From an uncultured Rhizobacter sp. (GTDB taxonomy: Bacteria; Pseudomonadota; Gammaproteobacteria; Burkholderiales; Burkholderiaceae_C), in contig CAZBOF010000002.1 in the NCBI GenBank assembly GCA_964493285.1, positions 6,248 through 70,247 of the forward strand: DNA of 64,000 nucleotides. The letters run 5' to 3'. The translations under genes were made by a program, and so were the position numbers. Each line of letters starts with the position of its first letter. Positions within the stretch are counted from its first letter, which is position 1. The notes beneath the pieces were generated by a model that had not been told where the DNA came from, did not search any database, and saw only the letters and a list, made by a program, of their open reading frames with translations. Below are positions 39,772 through 50,618 of this stretch, piece by piece.

Positions 39772-40416
39772 ATGGACACGTTGTTCAACCGTTATGTCGT
39801 TTCGGCCTTCCTTGCCCTGATTGCGTTTGTTCCGAGCGTGTCGCCGGCGCAGGATCTGGGCGCCGTGGGGCCGGTATACGAGATCAAAGAGCCGCATGCC
39901 ATTGAGTACATCAAAGAGACGCTCCTGAAGAAGCAGCGCAGCGGCGAACTGGCGAAGTGGGAGGAGGAGTCCAAGCAGCGCGTGATTGCGGGTATACGCA
40001 ATCCGCAACCGGTTCCGGGCATCACTCGGGCTGACGCCGCGAGAACCTTCTATTACGACCCAACCTTCGTGCTTCACGAGAACATCATCGATCATCAAGG
40101 CAACATCCTTTATCCCGCTGGTTTCACGAAGAACCCGCTCGAAGTGTTCTCGCTCAGCAAGCACATCCTCTTCTTCGATGCCAGGGACCGCAAGCAGGTC
40201 GCTATGGCGCGCCAGTTGATCACGCACTACAAGGGCCGAGTCGCGCCCATATTGGTGGGTGGCTCTTACCTGGATCTGATGCGCGAATGGAAGCTGCGCG
40301 TGTTCTACGACCAGTACGGCGAGCTGACCGAACGGTTCGGCATTACCAAAGTGCCCGCACTGGTCAGCCAGGAGGGCTTGATGCTTCGGATCGACGAACT
40401 CAAGGTGGAGGGTTGA
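39772..40416 (+). CDS. traW: TraW
   Basis: DLGAVGPVYEIKEP, FYYDP, FYDQYGELTERFGITKVPA. Confidence 0.93.
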   Translation: MDTLFNRYVVSAFLALIAFVPSVSPAQDLGAVGPVYEIKEPHAIEYIKETLLKKQRSGELAKWEEESKQRVIAGIRNPQPVPGITRADAARTFYYDPTFVLHENIIDHQGNILYPAGFTKNPLEVFSLSKHILFFDARDRKQVAMARQLITHYKGRVAPILVGGSYLDLMREWKLRVFYDQYGELTERFGITKVPALVSQEGLMLRIDELKVEG

Positions 40417-40420
40417 TGCG

Positions 40421-41482
40421 ATGAGAAAGATACTGCTCCGACTGGTGGCCGTCGTTCTGACTCTCGCTCTGCATAGTGCGTGGGCCGTCAGCCCGTCAGG
40501 GAGGATGACGACTTGTCAGGGGAAATTCCCCAACCCGGTCACCGACGTGTGCTGGTCTTGCGTCTTCCCGATCAGCATCTTCGGTGCCTCGATGGGCGAC
40601 GGGCAAGATATTCCTGGTGACAACGGAAGCCCCACCTGTGTCTGCCCCGCGCCGCCGCCCTTGTTCAAGCGGATCGGTGCGACCACTGGGTACTGGGAGC
40701 CCGTGCGATCCGTCGATATCACACGTAAGCCCTTCTGCCTGGTGGGCCTTGGAGGAATCGACATGGCCGGCTCGGGAGGCGGCAGCGACCAGGGGGATGC
40801 AGGCGATGGCGGCTTTCTGCCCGCGCCCGAGCATTCGCGCTCGCATTCCGGCGAGGAAGGCGGGGGCAGCTTCTACCAGGCGCATTGGTACTCGAACCCC
40901 GTGATGTACCTCCTCGAAATCATCACCGACGCCAACTGCGTGGAGTCGGGTTCCATGGACGTCGGCTTCATGACCGAGATTGACTTCACCTGGAACGACG
41001 ATGAGATGACCAACATTCTCAACTTCGAGTCTTCACTCTTCGCGAACCTCCTGACACAGGCAATGTGCGCCATAGACTGCCTCCTCGCGAGCATTGGGCT
41101 TCCCGTCGTTCCGATGTATTGGTGCAACGGGTGCAACGGCAGCAACTTCCCGCTGAATGGATACGTGCAGACACACATCGGCGGCATTCAGGCGGCCTCG
41201 CTCATCTCGTCTCGCTTGACTTACCGGCTGCAACGGTTGGGTATCAACAAGAAGCATCACTCCTATGCGGCCGTGTGCGGGTCCATTCGCTCTCCTGTGA
41301 TTGACAAGGTCGCCTACAAGCAGCAGATCCAGTACCCCAGGGTTCAAACCGAGAAGGCTCCCTACTGTTGCAACTGGCAAGGCGGAACGACCACGCTGTC
41401 CGGCGCTGGCAAAGAGTTCCCCTACTCTGGCGAAGACTTCAGCCTGTTCATGTTTCGCAAGCGCGTGTGCTGCACGTTGTGA
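40421..41482 (+). CDS. traU: TraU
   Basis: NPVTDVCWSCVFP, GYWEP, FYQAHWY, GEDF..FRKRVCC. Confidence 0.94.
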   Translation: MRKILLRLVAVVLTLALHSAWAVSPSGRMTTCQGKFPNPVTDVCWSCVFPISIFGASMGDGQDIPGDNGSPTCVCPAPPPLFKRIGATTGYWEPVRSVDITRKPFCLVGLGGIDMAGSGGGSDQGDAGDGGFLPAPEHSRSHSGEEGGGSFYQAHWYSNPVMYLLEIITDANCVESGSMDVGFMTEIDFTWNDDEMTNILNFESSLFANLLTQAMCAIDCLLASIGLPVVPMYWCNGCNGSNFPLNGYVQTHIGGIQAASLISSRLTYRLQRLGINKKHHSYAAVCGSIRSPVIDKVAYKQQIQYPRVQTEKAPYCCNWQGGTTTLSGAGKEFPYSGEDFSLFMFRKRVCCTL

Positions 41483-41492
41483 GGAGATCATC

Positions 41493-42254
41493 GTGTTGTG
41501 GTCCACATTGATTAAAAGCGCTGTACTGGCCGGACTCGTCGTCGTGCTGCCAACGGGCGCGCCTCTGGCGCAAGTAACACCCAGGCTGACGGAGGCAGAC
41601 ATGGAACGTGCTCGCCAAGATGTGCAGCGCGCGCTAGAGCAACTCACACCGGAGTTCATAGAAAAAACGCGCAAGGAGCAGCTCCAACAACTGGAGCCGC
41701 TCTCCGCCACAAGTGGCTATACAGCTCCGCGCATGGACGCGTTGCCCGTTCCCCTTGTCAAACCCAATGTTGATATCGCTTCGCTCAGCCGGGAGTTCAT
41801 GGAGCGCAATCCGGAGATCCTTCTTCAAGGTCTGAACCTGAAGCCGCGTTTGTTCGTGTTTATCACGTTGGCAATGCCCGCCGAATCGATCAAACCACTG
41901 CTGGCGCAGGCGGAGCAAGCCAACGCAACGGTGGTGCTGCGAGGGTTTGTCAATAACTCGCTCAAGGAAACCACCGCGGCTTTGCAGAAACTGATGGGTC
42001 AAGGCAGGGTCGGGGTGCTGATCGATCCAGAGGCGTTCGACCGCTACGGCGTGCGCAACGCGCCGAGCTTCGTTCTGACGAAGGCGCATTCGGGGTCGGC
42101 CACGCCTTGCCTGGACAAGGTGTGCGCGCAGGCCAGCGGATTTGCCCTGGTCTCGGGCGACGTGAGCATTGAGTACGCCCTGGAGCGAATCGAACAGCGT
42201 GCCAAGGAGTTCAAGCCGGAAGTCCAGCAATTCCTCACCTTGATCAGAGGCTGA
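41493..42254 (+). CDS. trbC: F-type pilin assembly protein TrbC
   Basis: FVFITLAMP, VVLRGF, IDPEAFDRYGV, VSGDVSIEYAL. Confidence 0.9.
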   Translation: MLWSTLIKSAVLAGLVVVLPTGAPLAQVTPRLTEADMERARQDVQRALEQLTPEFIEKTRKEQLQQLEPLSATSGYTAPRMDALPVPLVKPNVDIASLSREFMERNPEILLQGLNLKPRLFVFITLAMPAESIKPLLAQAEQANATVVLRGFVNNSLKETTAALQKLMGQGRVGVLIDPEAFDRYGVRNAPSFVLTKAHSGSATPCLDKVCAQASGFALVSGDVSIEYALERIEQRAKEFKPEVQQFLTLIRG

Positions 42255-42255
42255 C

Positions 42256-45072
42256 ATGTACAAGTACCTACTGACCATGGGCCTGGCAGCACTTCTGGCC
42301 CTGGCGTCGCCGGTTGCGCAGGCTCAGGCGTCACAGCGCAACACCGAGATACACGAGAACAGCAAAGCGTCCGCAAAGGGCTTGCTGGGCATGTTGAACG
42401 ACCTCGTCATGGACGGGCAGGGGGCGTCCAGGGTGCCACAAGGCCATGCGATCGACCCGGATGCCGTGCGAGGCGCTGGCCTGGCGGAGCTGGCATTGCT
42501 GCAATGCTACGAGCTGGTACTGCAACTGCAGATCCCCCAGACCGAAGTACCCGAGGAGTGCCAACCCATGCTCAATCCCATGGCCATGGGCTCGGCGGGC
42601 TTTGGTTCTGAGCTGACCTCCGCCACCTCGTCGATGGTGCTTCAAATCTGCGCATGGCTTTGGTTGTCGGAACAAGCACCTGAGAATCCGCTGCAAAAAC
42701 ACTGCGAAACCATCTTGAATGCTTACGGGAACCTTGATGAGTTGATTCAGCAGCGGGACGAACTGCGCGCGAATCTGCAGATGGAGGTCAATGTTACTGA
42801 TACGCACCGCGGTGACTACACGCTTTCCAGTGCGTCCATCGAGGGCAGCTACGACGCATGCGGGGTCGAAACACGCCAGTTGGCCCCCGAGCAGTACGAA
42901 GACGAGGTCTGCATCATCCAGCGCGAGGTTCAGTCTCGGCCGAACACCTGCAACAAGACACTGCAGACGACGGTTCAGTGGCACTGCCCCGCAGGTGCGG
43001 TCTCGGGGCCCACCCGCACGCGCGTCGGTACGCTTTCCCGCGAAGGGGCATACAGCTGCGAAGTCGAGATTCCCGAAATCGTGCATCGGTGCCCGAGCGG
43101 CTGGACAGGCCCCACCGGAGGCGCTCACATGTGCACAGATCCGGCCTCAGGTGTGACACGCACCGCCACGCCAGTGACAGAAATGCGCCGCAGTCAGCGC
43201 GACGCCACGTACACGGTGAACCACCGCTGGGAGGGTAATTGCGCGAACTACGAAGCCAACACGCCAGCAGTGGCCCGCCAGCTGCCAGGCTTCGCCGAAC
43301 TTCCTCCGATGGAGGCTTTCGATACCAGTCCAGACACACCGCGCTGCTCACTCGGCGCTGCCGTGTGCTCACGGGCCGGGGGGGTTGAAGTCATCAATGA
43401 CGTTCCGGTGTCTCGGCCCTGCCTCGCCTACGAAGAACAGTTCACCTGCATGACCAACACCTGGGTCAACAGCTGCGCTGTCGATGCGTCTTGCACCGCG
43501 CCAGACCAGCTGACGTGCACGCGGTGGGACAACTATTCGAACCCGCGCTCCTGCACGCAGTGGGATGCGACGCGCCGCTGCCGCACTCAGGAAGCGGTGA
43601 CGGTTCAGCAAACCAATTGCGCGAATCAACGCTTCTGCCCCAATGGGCTCTGCTACGACTCGGGACATGAGCCCGACAGAGACATGGGATGGGTCGCTGC
43701 GATTTTCCAGACGGGCGCTCAGGCAGGCCGCTATTTCAGCGCCAACGACATGGAGGTGTTCAAGGGATATCTCAATCAGTGCCACAACATCTCCACCTTC
43801 GGGTTGTTCAACTGTTGCGACAAGAACAAGCTTGGCGAACTCCTTTACAAGGCGACGCACATCGCCGAAGGGATGAAAAAAGGGGGCGGCGGAAGCAGCC
43901 CGACAGACGAGAACGGCGTCCCCATGACCAATGACAAGACGCGGGACTTCCTGTTCGCGGCCGACAACTCCGGCTCCCTGGCTGCATCGGTGCGCGCCAT
44001 CGATTCCATGAGAGGCTCCGCCTCGGAGGTTTGGACCGACCTCAAAGACCAAGACTACAAGGGCGTCGCGAAAACGATCTTCTACAGCGGCCCCAAGAAG
44101 CTGGCGGAAGACATCCACAACACCCTGATGGATGCGCTTACCGAAGTCTTGACCCTGTTTGGCCTGCTGAACGGGTGCTCCGACACCGACCGGGTGGTGG
44201 CCGAGAAGCGCAAGGAAGGCTTGTGCGTGACGATTGGCGACCGATGCGAGACACGGTTCTGGCCATTCGACTGGTGCATCGAGAGCATCCGTCAGCAATG
44301 CTGCTTCAACTCGCTGCTGGCCAAGATCATCAACAGCGAAGGGCGCAAGCAGATCCTGCGGATGGACCCGGACGGCCTCGGCCGCTCTCTGTTCCCACCC
44401 AACACCACGCAGGAGGAGCGGCGCTTTGGTGCGGTCGGTAGCGCGAACTGCCGCGGCTTCAACATTGAACAGATGCAAGCGATCGATCTCTCCCAAATCG
44501 ACTTGACACCGTTCATTGCAACCTTGATGCCCAAAGACCTCGATACAACAGAGCGGAAGGGGCAACTGGTGGCGTCGGCGCTCGAGATGTTCAGAAAGGG
44601 CTGCGGCGGGTCCGAGCAATGTGCAGACGGCGACAACCCATTCGCCTCGGCTGCGGCCAAATCGGACGACGGTCGCGTGGAAGGTGTGGAAGAGACGCTG
44701 CAGTCCGTTCAACCCCTGCTCAGGCGCGCCTTCGAGAACCCCCTGCAGACGTTCTCCCAGCGCGTGGACAACCACGACCTGCGGTTGCTATCCAAATGGC
44801 GGTTCCACAAAGACGACATTCCCGTCACGGCCACGGTGCGTTCCCTGTCGAACCATCCAATGCTGCCCAACTGCAAGCTGATGAGCGTGAACTTGGAGCG
44901 CCCTTCGGTGCAGCGAATTATTCAGAAGACGCATGAAATGGCGCCGAGCGGCCATTGGATTCCTCTGCCGGAAGCGGCAAACGTGACTGAGGAGGTCAAC
45001 TACCCCGGCTGGGAGCAGATCTACTCCATCTACTACTGCGCGGATGGCTCCATGCACGGCTCCAGCCTGTGA
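42256..45072 (+). CDS. traN: mating-pair stabilization protein TraN with C-terminal extension
   Basis: Cys-rich; VFKG...C, NCC, CCFNSLLAKIINSEGRKQ, CRGFNIEQMQAIDLSQIDL. Confidence 0.9.
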   Translation: MYKYLLTMGLAALLALASPVAQAQASQRNTEIHENSKASAKGLLGMLNDLVMDGQGASRVPQGHAIDPDAVRGAGLAELALLQCYELVLQLQIPQTEVPEECQPMLNPMAMGSAGFGSELTSATSSMVLQICAWLWLSEQAPENPLQKHCETILNAYGNLDELIQQRDELRANLQMEVNVTDTHRGDYTLSSASIEGSYDACGVETRQLAPEQYEDEVCIIQREVQSRPNTCNKTLQTTVQWHCPAGAVSGPTRTRVGTLSREGAYSCEVEIPEIVHRCPSGWTGPTGGAHMCTDPASGVTRTATPVTEMRRSQRDATYTVNHRWEGNCANYEANTPAVARQLPGFAELPPMEAFDTSPDTPRCSLGAAVCSRAGGVEVINDVPVSRPCLAYEEQFTCMTNTWVNSCAVDASCTAPDQLTCTRWDNYSNPRSCTQWDATRRCRTQEAVTVQQTNCANQRFCPNGLCYDSGHEPDRDMGWVAAIFQTGAQAGRYFSANDMEVFKGYLNQCHNISTFGLFNCCDKNKLGELLYKATHIAEGMKKGGGGSSPTDENGVPMTNDKTRDFLFAADNSGSLAASVRAIDSMRGSASEVWTDLKDQDYKGVAKTIFYSGPKKLAEDIHNTLMDALTEVLTLFGLLNGCSDTDRVVAEKRKEGLCVTIGDRCETRFWPFDWCIESIRQQCCFNSLLAKIINSEGRKQILRMDPDGLGRSLFPPNTTQEERRFGAVGSANCRGFNIEQMQAIDLSQIDLTPFIATLMPKDLDTTERKGQLVASALEMFRKGCGGSEQCADGDNPFASAAAKSDDGRVEGVEETLQSVQPLLRRAFENPLQTFSQRVDNHDLRLLSKWRFHKDDIPVTATVRSLSNHPMLPNCKLMSVNLERPSVQRIIQKTHEMAPSGHWIPLPEAANVTEEVNYPGWEQIYSIYYCADGSMHGSSL

Positions 45073-45090
45073 CGCGGAAAGGCATTGGCG

Positions 45091-45990
45091 ATGACATCTC
45101 GAATCCTCAACTGGTTGGCGGCGATCTGCTTGGTGCTTCCCTTGGGGGCTCAGGCGCAAGGGTCGGCGCCTGAGAGCGGGCTGGACGACGACGCCGAAGT
45201 GCAGCGGGAATACTGGGACGACATGAACCGCGGCTGGTTTTTCTACGAGCGCAAGCCCCAGCGCGCGAAGAGCAAGCCGGTGATGCCTGCCCTTGCGCCG
45301 CAGACGGCCGAACCCGCGCCGTCCTCGCCCGCCAAGCACCCGGATCTCGTCCGCTTCGATGATTTGCAAAAGCGCGTCGAAACTACCCGGAACATCGCCA
45401 TCATCAATCCCACCGAAGAAAACCTCCGAAGCTTTCTCGAGACCCAGCAAGAAGCGCTCGACTTGTCGGCGAACTTCGCCTTCCGATCGGAGCGCGTCGT
45501 CTGGGCAACGCCCACGCTCGACCCGTCGACGCGCGGCGAAGCCCGGCCCACGAGCGCGGCCGGGATGTATATGTACGACGAGGAACAGCGGCGCCGCCTT
45601 GCACGCAAATGGGCGGAGCTGAAGGAAACCCACGCGTTCTTCTACTTCTATCGAAGTGACTGCCCCTACTGTGCGCAGTTCAGCCCAACCTTGCGCTACT
45701 TCAGCGACCGCACCGGTATCACGGTGCTGGCGATCTCCATGGATGGTGGCAGCATCGCCGAGTTTCCGGATGCCATGCCCGACAACGGCATTGCGGCCAG
45801 CCTCGGCGTTGAACAAGTGCCGGCGCTGTACATGGCCCAGCCGAGCTCCGGTCGGGTGCTGCCGGTGGGTTATGGCGTCATTTCCCCCGTCGATCTGGAG
45901 CGGCGTGTCGATCTGGTGACCCGGCCCGATGCAGAGCAGGCAGTTCCATCGACGCTCCGGCATCTGAGCGCGTCCCAGTTGTTGAAGTAA
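45091..45990 (+). CDS. traF: TraF (thioredoxin-like)
   Basis: RGWFFYE, AIINPTEEN, FYRSDCPYC, ISMDGG. Confidence 0.92.
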   Translation: MTSRILNWLAAICLVLPLGAQAQGSAPESGLDDDAEVQREYWDDMNRGWFFYERKPQRAKSKPVMPALAPQTAEPAPSSPAKHPDLVRFDDLQKRVETTRNIAIINPTEENLRSFLETQQEALDLSANFAFRSERVVWATPTLDPSTRGEARPTSAAGMYMYDEEQRRRLARKWAELKETHAFFYFYRSDCPYCAQFSPTLRYFSDRTGITVLAISMDGGSIAEFPDAMPDNGIAASLGVEQVPALYMAQPSSGRVLPVGYGVISPVDLERRVDLVTRPDAEQAVPSTLRHLSASQLLK

Positions 45991-46016
45991 CGCGTTCCGC
46001 ACGAAAGGGTTTCACC

Positions 46017-47597
46017 ATGGCGAATCGATACAACCTTCAACGGGTCAAGAGATGGGTCAGCGTTCTCAGCATGGTGGCGGGCGTAATGTTGAGCGCCGAT
46101 CACGCGACGGCTCAGCCAGTGGCCGACCGGATCAGGACCGATATGCAGGCACTCTATCAAGGGCTGTCGGGCGCGGCCAACCAGGTCGCGAGCAACACCA
46201 TGATCAATGCGCCCGGGGCGTTCCACGGCCAAACCTACAACACCTACACCGGCGGCAGTCTGATGCTGCGAACGCCCTCTAAGAACATTCAGCTCGCCAC
46301 CATCGATATGCCGCGATTCGCTGCGGGATGCGGCGGCATTGATATGCACTTGGGCGCTATGTCGCACCTGAGTGGTGATCAGCTTGTGCAGTTCATTCAA
46401 ACAGCCGCGGCCCAAACGCCCGGCGTGCTGGCGCAGGTTGCCATCAGCGCGATCACGCCCTTGCTCGCCGGCCGGCTGGAGTGGGCCAAAGGGATCATCG
46501 ACCGCATCAATGGTTTCAACCTCAACAGTTGCCAAGTAGCGAAAAGCACGGTCGATGGCCTCGCTGGCGCCATGACGATGGCCAATAACTCCAGTTGTAT
46601 CGATACCGCCATGTATGTCAGAAACATGAGCGCGGCTGAGGCGCAGGCGGAATGCCAGAACTCGAATCAACAGAATGCGATGTTGCAGCAGGGGAAGGCG
46701 CACAACCCGAACATGGTTCCGTTCACAGGGAACTTTGTCTGGGAAGCGTTGAAGAAATCGGGTGCCGGGCTGTCTCGGGAGGAGCGCGAACTCATCATGA
46801 GCGTCGTTGGTACCGTCAACTTCTACGGCACCAATCCACCGCGCGACGGTGTCGTCTTGCCGACAGGGGATGGTGCGGTCCCGACGAGTGGCGATGGCAT
46901 GCGGTCGGCAAACGTTCCGCCCAAAACGTTCGTTGCCACGGTGACCGATCTGCACACCCTGCTGTGGGGCCATGAGGATGGCGCGAACCCCGACACGGTG
47001 CAGTTGGATGTCTATCGATGCCCCGCGTCACTACCTCCCCAGGCCCCTTCAACCGAGCCGAACGATCCGTGCTGGATACCCAGCGTCGCGCGCATTTCGA
47101 TGCCGTCGTTCGCAGCGCAGGTCGAGGCGGATCTCAACCAGATCATTGACCGAGTGGAAGACGGAGACCAACCTCTGACGGCGTCGCAGGTGTCTTTGTT
47201 GAACAGGACCACGTTGCCCGTGTGGCGGATGATCAATATTGGCACCCAAACGCCGGGTTCGTCGATCGCCCGCAGCTTGGTCGCTCAGTACAAGGAGATC
47301 ATTGCGGCTGACTACGTCTACGTTCTGATGTCCAGCTATGTCAAGGCGGGGTTGAAGGCGATGAACCAGCAATTCAATCTCACGACGGCTCAAGCCGATC
47401 ACATCCAACGCATCATCGGTTACACAGCGCATCAGACCGACGAAATCCGAGCGCAACGCGACGCGTTTCAGGCCAAGCTGACGAACATGAACTCGCTGTC
47501 GCAAGAACTGGAAACCATCGAGCGCAATCTGCGTGCCAACATGCCCACTCAAGTGGCGGGCATGCTTTCAATGCCCGGTGTGCTCAGTGGCAACTGA
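46017..47597 (+). CDS. traH: TraH
   Basis: YTGGSL, AGCGGID, LNSCQ; C-terminal coiled coil. Confidence 0.92.
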   Translation: MANRYNLQRVKRWVSVLSMVAGVMLSADHATAQPVADRIRTDMQALYQGLSGAANQVASNTMINAPGAFHGQTYNTYTGGSLMLRTPSKNIQLATIDMPRFAAGCGGIDMHLGAMSHLSGDQLVQFIQTAAAQTPGVLAQVAISAITPLLAGRLEWAKGIIDRINGFNLNSCQVAKSTVDGLAGAMTMANNSSCIDTAMYVRNMSAAEAQAECQNSNQQNAMLQQGKAHNPNMVPFTGNFVWEALKKSGAGLSREERELIMSVVGTVNFYGTNPPRDGVVLPTGDGAVPTSGDGMRSANVPPKTFVATVTDLHTLLWGHEDGANPDTVQLDVYRCPASLPPQAPSTEPNDPCWIPSVARISMPSFAAQVEADLNQIIDRVEDGDQPLTASQVSLLNRTTLPVWRMINIGTQTPGSSIARSLVAQYKEIIAADYVYVLMSSYVKAGLKAMNQQFNLTTAQADHIQRIIGYTAHQTDEIRAQRDAFQAKLTNMNSLSQELETIERNLRANMPTQVAGMLSMPGVLSGN

Positions 47598-47630
47598 CCC
47601 GCAGATGCCGGGTCGGTGAAGGGGTAGGTC

Positions 47631-50588
47631 ATGAACGAAACACTCGACATCGTCACATACGGCAACGTGCGGATACTGGCCGGCGTGCTGCGAGCCATCG
47701 CTTATCTCTTTGCGACGCCCAGCATGGCCAGCATGATTGCCGTGGCGGTGGGTGTCGGGTTCATTGGGGCGCTCATCGCCTACATGGTCGCACCGCACAA
47801 GTTGCAAGGCTGGTGGTGGCTGGCATCCGTGCTGGCGGTGCAGTGTGTGTTGCTGCTGCCGAAAGTCAACGTCCATGTCATCGACCGCCTGACCTACGAC
47901 GCTCCACAGTTGGTCCAGAGGGTGCCAGCGGGTCTGGCGTATGTGGCCTCCTTCACGTCCAGGATCGGAGATGCGGTCACCGAGAATTTCGAGACAACAT
48001 TCAGGGACCCTGCGTGGTCGCCTACTGTGCCGCCGGGCCTCAGCGCCTGGGACCAGCTGACATTCCGCGCCAACGGCGTCATGTTCGGCAACAAGGTGAT
48101 CCGAGAAGCGTCGAAAGTCAAATACCCCGGCATCGACTTCCGGTTCAACCTCAATCAGTATCTACAGCTGTGCCTCTTTCCCGAGATAAATCTTGGCAGA
48201 ATCCCGCCCACGACATTTCGCAGTACCACCGATCTTTGGAGTGATTTCGTTGGCGAGCCCCTTGCCAATCCCGCCCGGTACGCGGTGAACCATGCGCAAC
48301 GCATCGTCAGTTGCCGAACACTGCAACAGTGGCTTCGAGATCACATCACAGCGCAAGAGAACCAAGCGAGTTTCAGGCTGGCGATGTTGTTGAACGCCGC
48401 GACGCCGGGCGCGACGACGCCGGACCACATGGCGCAGCTGGAGCAAGCGTATCTGCGCAACCATCTGGCCGGGGCTGCCGGCGACGCGGCCAACCTCATA
48501 CGACAGAACGCGCTCATCAACGCGATCGGCGACGCCACGTCATCGATGAGCCAGCGCCTCAATGATCCGTCTGCGGTCTTGCTCGGCAACGCGGATAGCC
48601 AGGCGAAAGTCAGCCAGAACACGGCTTGGATCACGTCGGGGAAGCTGGCGGAAGAAACCCTGCCCATGATCCGCAACGGGATCGAAGCCATTCTGTATGC
48701 GGCCTTCCCGATCGTGATCATGGCCATGTTTCTGACGAACGGGCAGAGCACGGTCCGATTGGCGAAGTCTTACCTGGGAAGCTTGCTCTGGATTCAAATG
48801 TGGCCCCCCTTGTTCGCGGTACTCAACTACATGGCCACCGCTGTGAGTTCCCAGAACCTGAAAGCGGCCGGGGCGATACCCGGTGGGGGTAGCGGAGTGT
48901 CCATCATGACGCACGCGAACATCTACAACAATGCGGTGTCCGACATGGCCGTGGTCGGCTATCTGGTGATGAGTGTTCCCGTGTTGGCCTGGGCGCTGAT
49001 CAAGGGCATGGACTCCATCGCCAGCGGGGCACTGGCGGGTGCGAGCATGTTCGCGGGAGCTTCGAGTGGTGCGTCCACCATGGCATCCACCGCATCCATC
49101 TCGCTGGGCAATACGACGATGGATCAAGTGAACACCGCGCCCTCCAAGCGGGATGGATTCATGACCCGCGAAGATGCGAGCGGAACCACGACCCAGGCGC
49201 TGGACGGCAGCGGATTCAACAGCGCCCAGATGCGCCAAAGCAATATTGGCATCGATGCCAGCTTCGTCAAGAGCAAGGCAGCAGCGATGCAGCAGCGGGC
49301 GGAGTCGGCATACGAGGCAGGCCAGAGCGTGACGCAGAGCATGCGCGAGTCCTTTGGCACCACGTTCTCGGAGATCAACTCGCTCGACGCTACGCGCTCT
49401 TTGAGCAGCATCGCTCGGGAGCGGCAGGGATCGGCAACAGTGGGGGCGGACGGAACATCGACAACGAGCACCAAAAGCGCCTTCGACGGCGGGGACGTTG
49501 CAGATTCGGGTGGAAGTTCGAAAGCCTCCAAGGCTGGGTCCTCCGAAAGAAATTTCACCAACGAAGGAACGAGCGGCTCGATCGGCGGCAGTTTGGGCCC
49601 GTTCGGTGGTGTGTCCCAGAGCGTGGGTCGAGGCACAGAAAAGACCGGGACCGATTCGCAGGAGGAGTCGGCCTTCCACGAGAAGATTGCCAAGTTCGCG
49701 CAGGGATACAAGAACTCCGACGATGTGAGCAAAACACTCTCGTCGATGAAAACATTCATGGAGTCCACCGAGTTCCAGCAGGCGCGGGAAAGAAAGGACG
49801 CGCAGGCGATGCGCTTTGCTGCCGGGTACGAGGAGGCGCTCGAACTGCAAGGATCCCGCGAGGCGAGCTTCAGGGAAAGCGAGCGGCTTTCGTCGCTTGC
49901 GACCGACATGGATCAGAAGTCCGCCACCATGGCTGTGAGCCTGAACAATGCCGTGTACACGATGATGAACCAGGATGGCACTTATGGAGAGCACGTCTCC
50001 GACATGCGTTCGAACGTACCACGAGCGGCGGAGCGCGTGGAGGGCTACGCCAACCGCGTCTTCGAATCCATGGGGGATTCGAGCTTCGGCAGCGGTGGAC
50101 CGACGGCTTTCGGGCGCCCCAGCCGCGCCGTGGAGTCACGGCTTGAGGCTGAAGGGGATATCGCTCCGGAGAGGGTGGAGTCGTTCAGAGATCGGCACCC
50201 CATGTCGGTGACCGATCCCGAAGCGCCTGGCAGGACGCCTTTGGCCAATACGAGCGACGACGAGGCATTGGCGCCGCGGCGCCAGCAGTTCGAATCGACT
50301 GTGAAGAGCGCCGCAGCTCAGCGTGGTTTGGGTTCAGTGGGATCTCGAGGTGGGGGCGCCGCGCCTGCGCCGGCCGCCGGGATGAAAGACGTCACGGACC
50401 AGGTGGCTCAGGCCGACTATGACATCAAAGGACAAACGTACGAGAGGCGGGATGACGTCAATGCCGAACTGAGGGGCTCCGAGCACAATGCTGTCACGCC
50501 GCAACAGGTCGATGGCCAGACCCCAGACCCCGTATCGAAAGTCTTGAACGGGATGAAGGCACCCTCGTGGTTCGTCGGTCGCAAATGA
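47631..50588 (+). CDS. traG: TraG (mating-pair stabilization, inner membrane)
   Basis: N-terminal TM region with VPAGLA, WIQMWPPLFAVLN; long Ser/Gly-rich C-terminal region. Confidence 0.92.
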   Translation: MNETLDIVTYGNVRILAGVLRAIAYLFATPSMASMIAVAVGVGFIGALIAYMVAPHKLQGWWWLASVLAVQCVLLLPKVNVHVIDRLTYDAPQLVQRVPAGLAYVASFTSRIGDAVTENFETTFRDPAWSPTVPPGLSAWDQLTFRANGVMFGNKVIREASKVKYPGIDFRFNLNQYLQLCLFPEINLGRIPPTTFRSTTDLWSDFVGEPLANPARYAVNHAQRIVSCRTLQQWLRDHITAQENQASFRLAMLLNAATPGATTPDHMAQLEQAYLRNHLAGAAGDAANLIRQNALINAIGDATSSMSQRLNDPSAVLLGNADSQAKVSQNTAWITSGKLAEETLPMIRNGIEAILYAAFPIVIMAMFLTNGQSTVRLAKSYLGSLLWIQMWPPLFAVLNYMATAVSSQNLKAAGAIPGGGSGVSIMTHANIYNNAVSDMAVVGYLVMSVPVLAWALIKGMDSIASGALAGASMFAGASSGASTMASTASISLGNTTMDQVNTAPSKRDGFMTREDASGTTTQALDGSGFNSAQMRQSNIGIDASFVKSKAAAMQQRAESAYEAGQSVTQSMRESFGTTFSEINSLDATRSLSSIARERQGSATVGADGTSTTSTKSAFDGGDVADSGGSSKASKAGSSERNFTNEGTSGSIGGSLGPFGGVSQSVGRGTEKTGTDSQEESAFHEKIAKFAQGYKNSDDVSKTLSSMKTFMESTEFQQARERKDAQAMRFAAGYEEALELQGSREASFRESERLSSLATDMDQKSATMAVSLNNAVYTMMNQDGTYGEHVSDMRSNVPRAAERVEGYANRVFESMGDSSFGSGGPTAFGRPSRAVESRLEAEGDIAPERVESFRDRHPMSVTDPEAPGRTPLANTSDDEALAPRRQQFESTVKSAAAQRGLGSVGSRGGGAAPAPAAGMKDVTDQVAQADYDIKGQTYERRDDVNAELRGSEHNAVTPQQVDGQTPDPVSKVLNGMKAPSWFVGRK

Positions 50589-50618
50589 CGCGATTCTTTC
50601 CACCGCTAAACAAAATGG

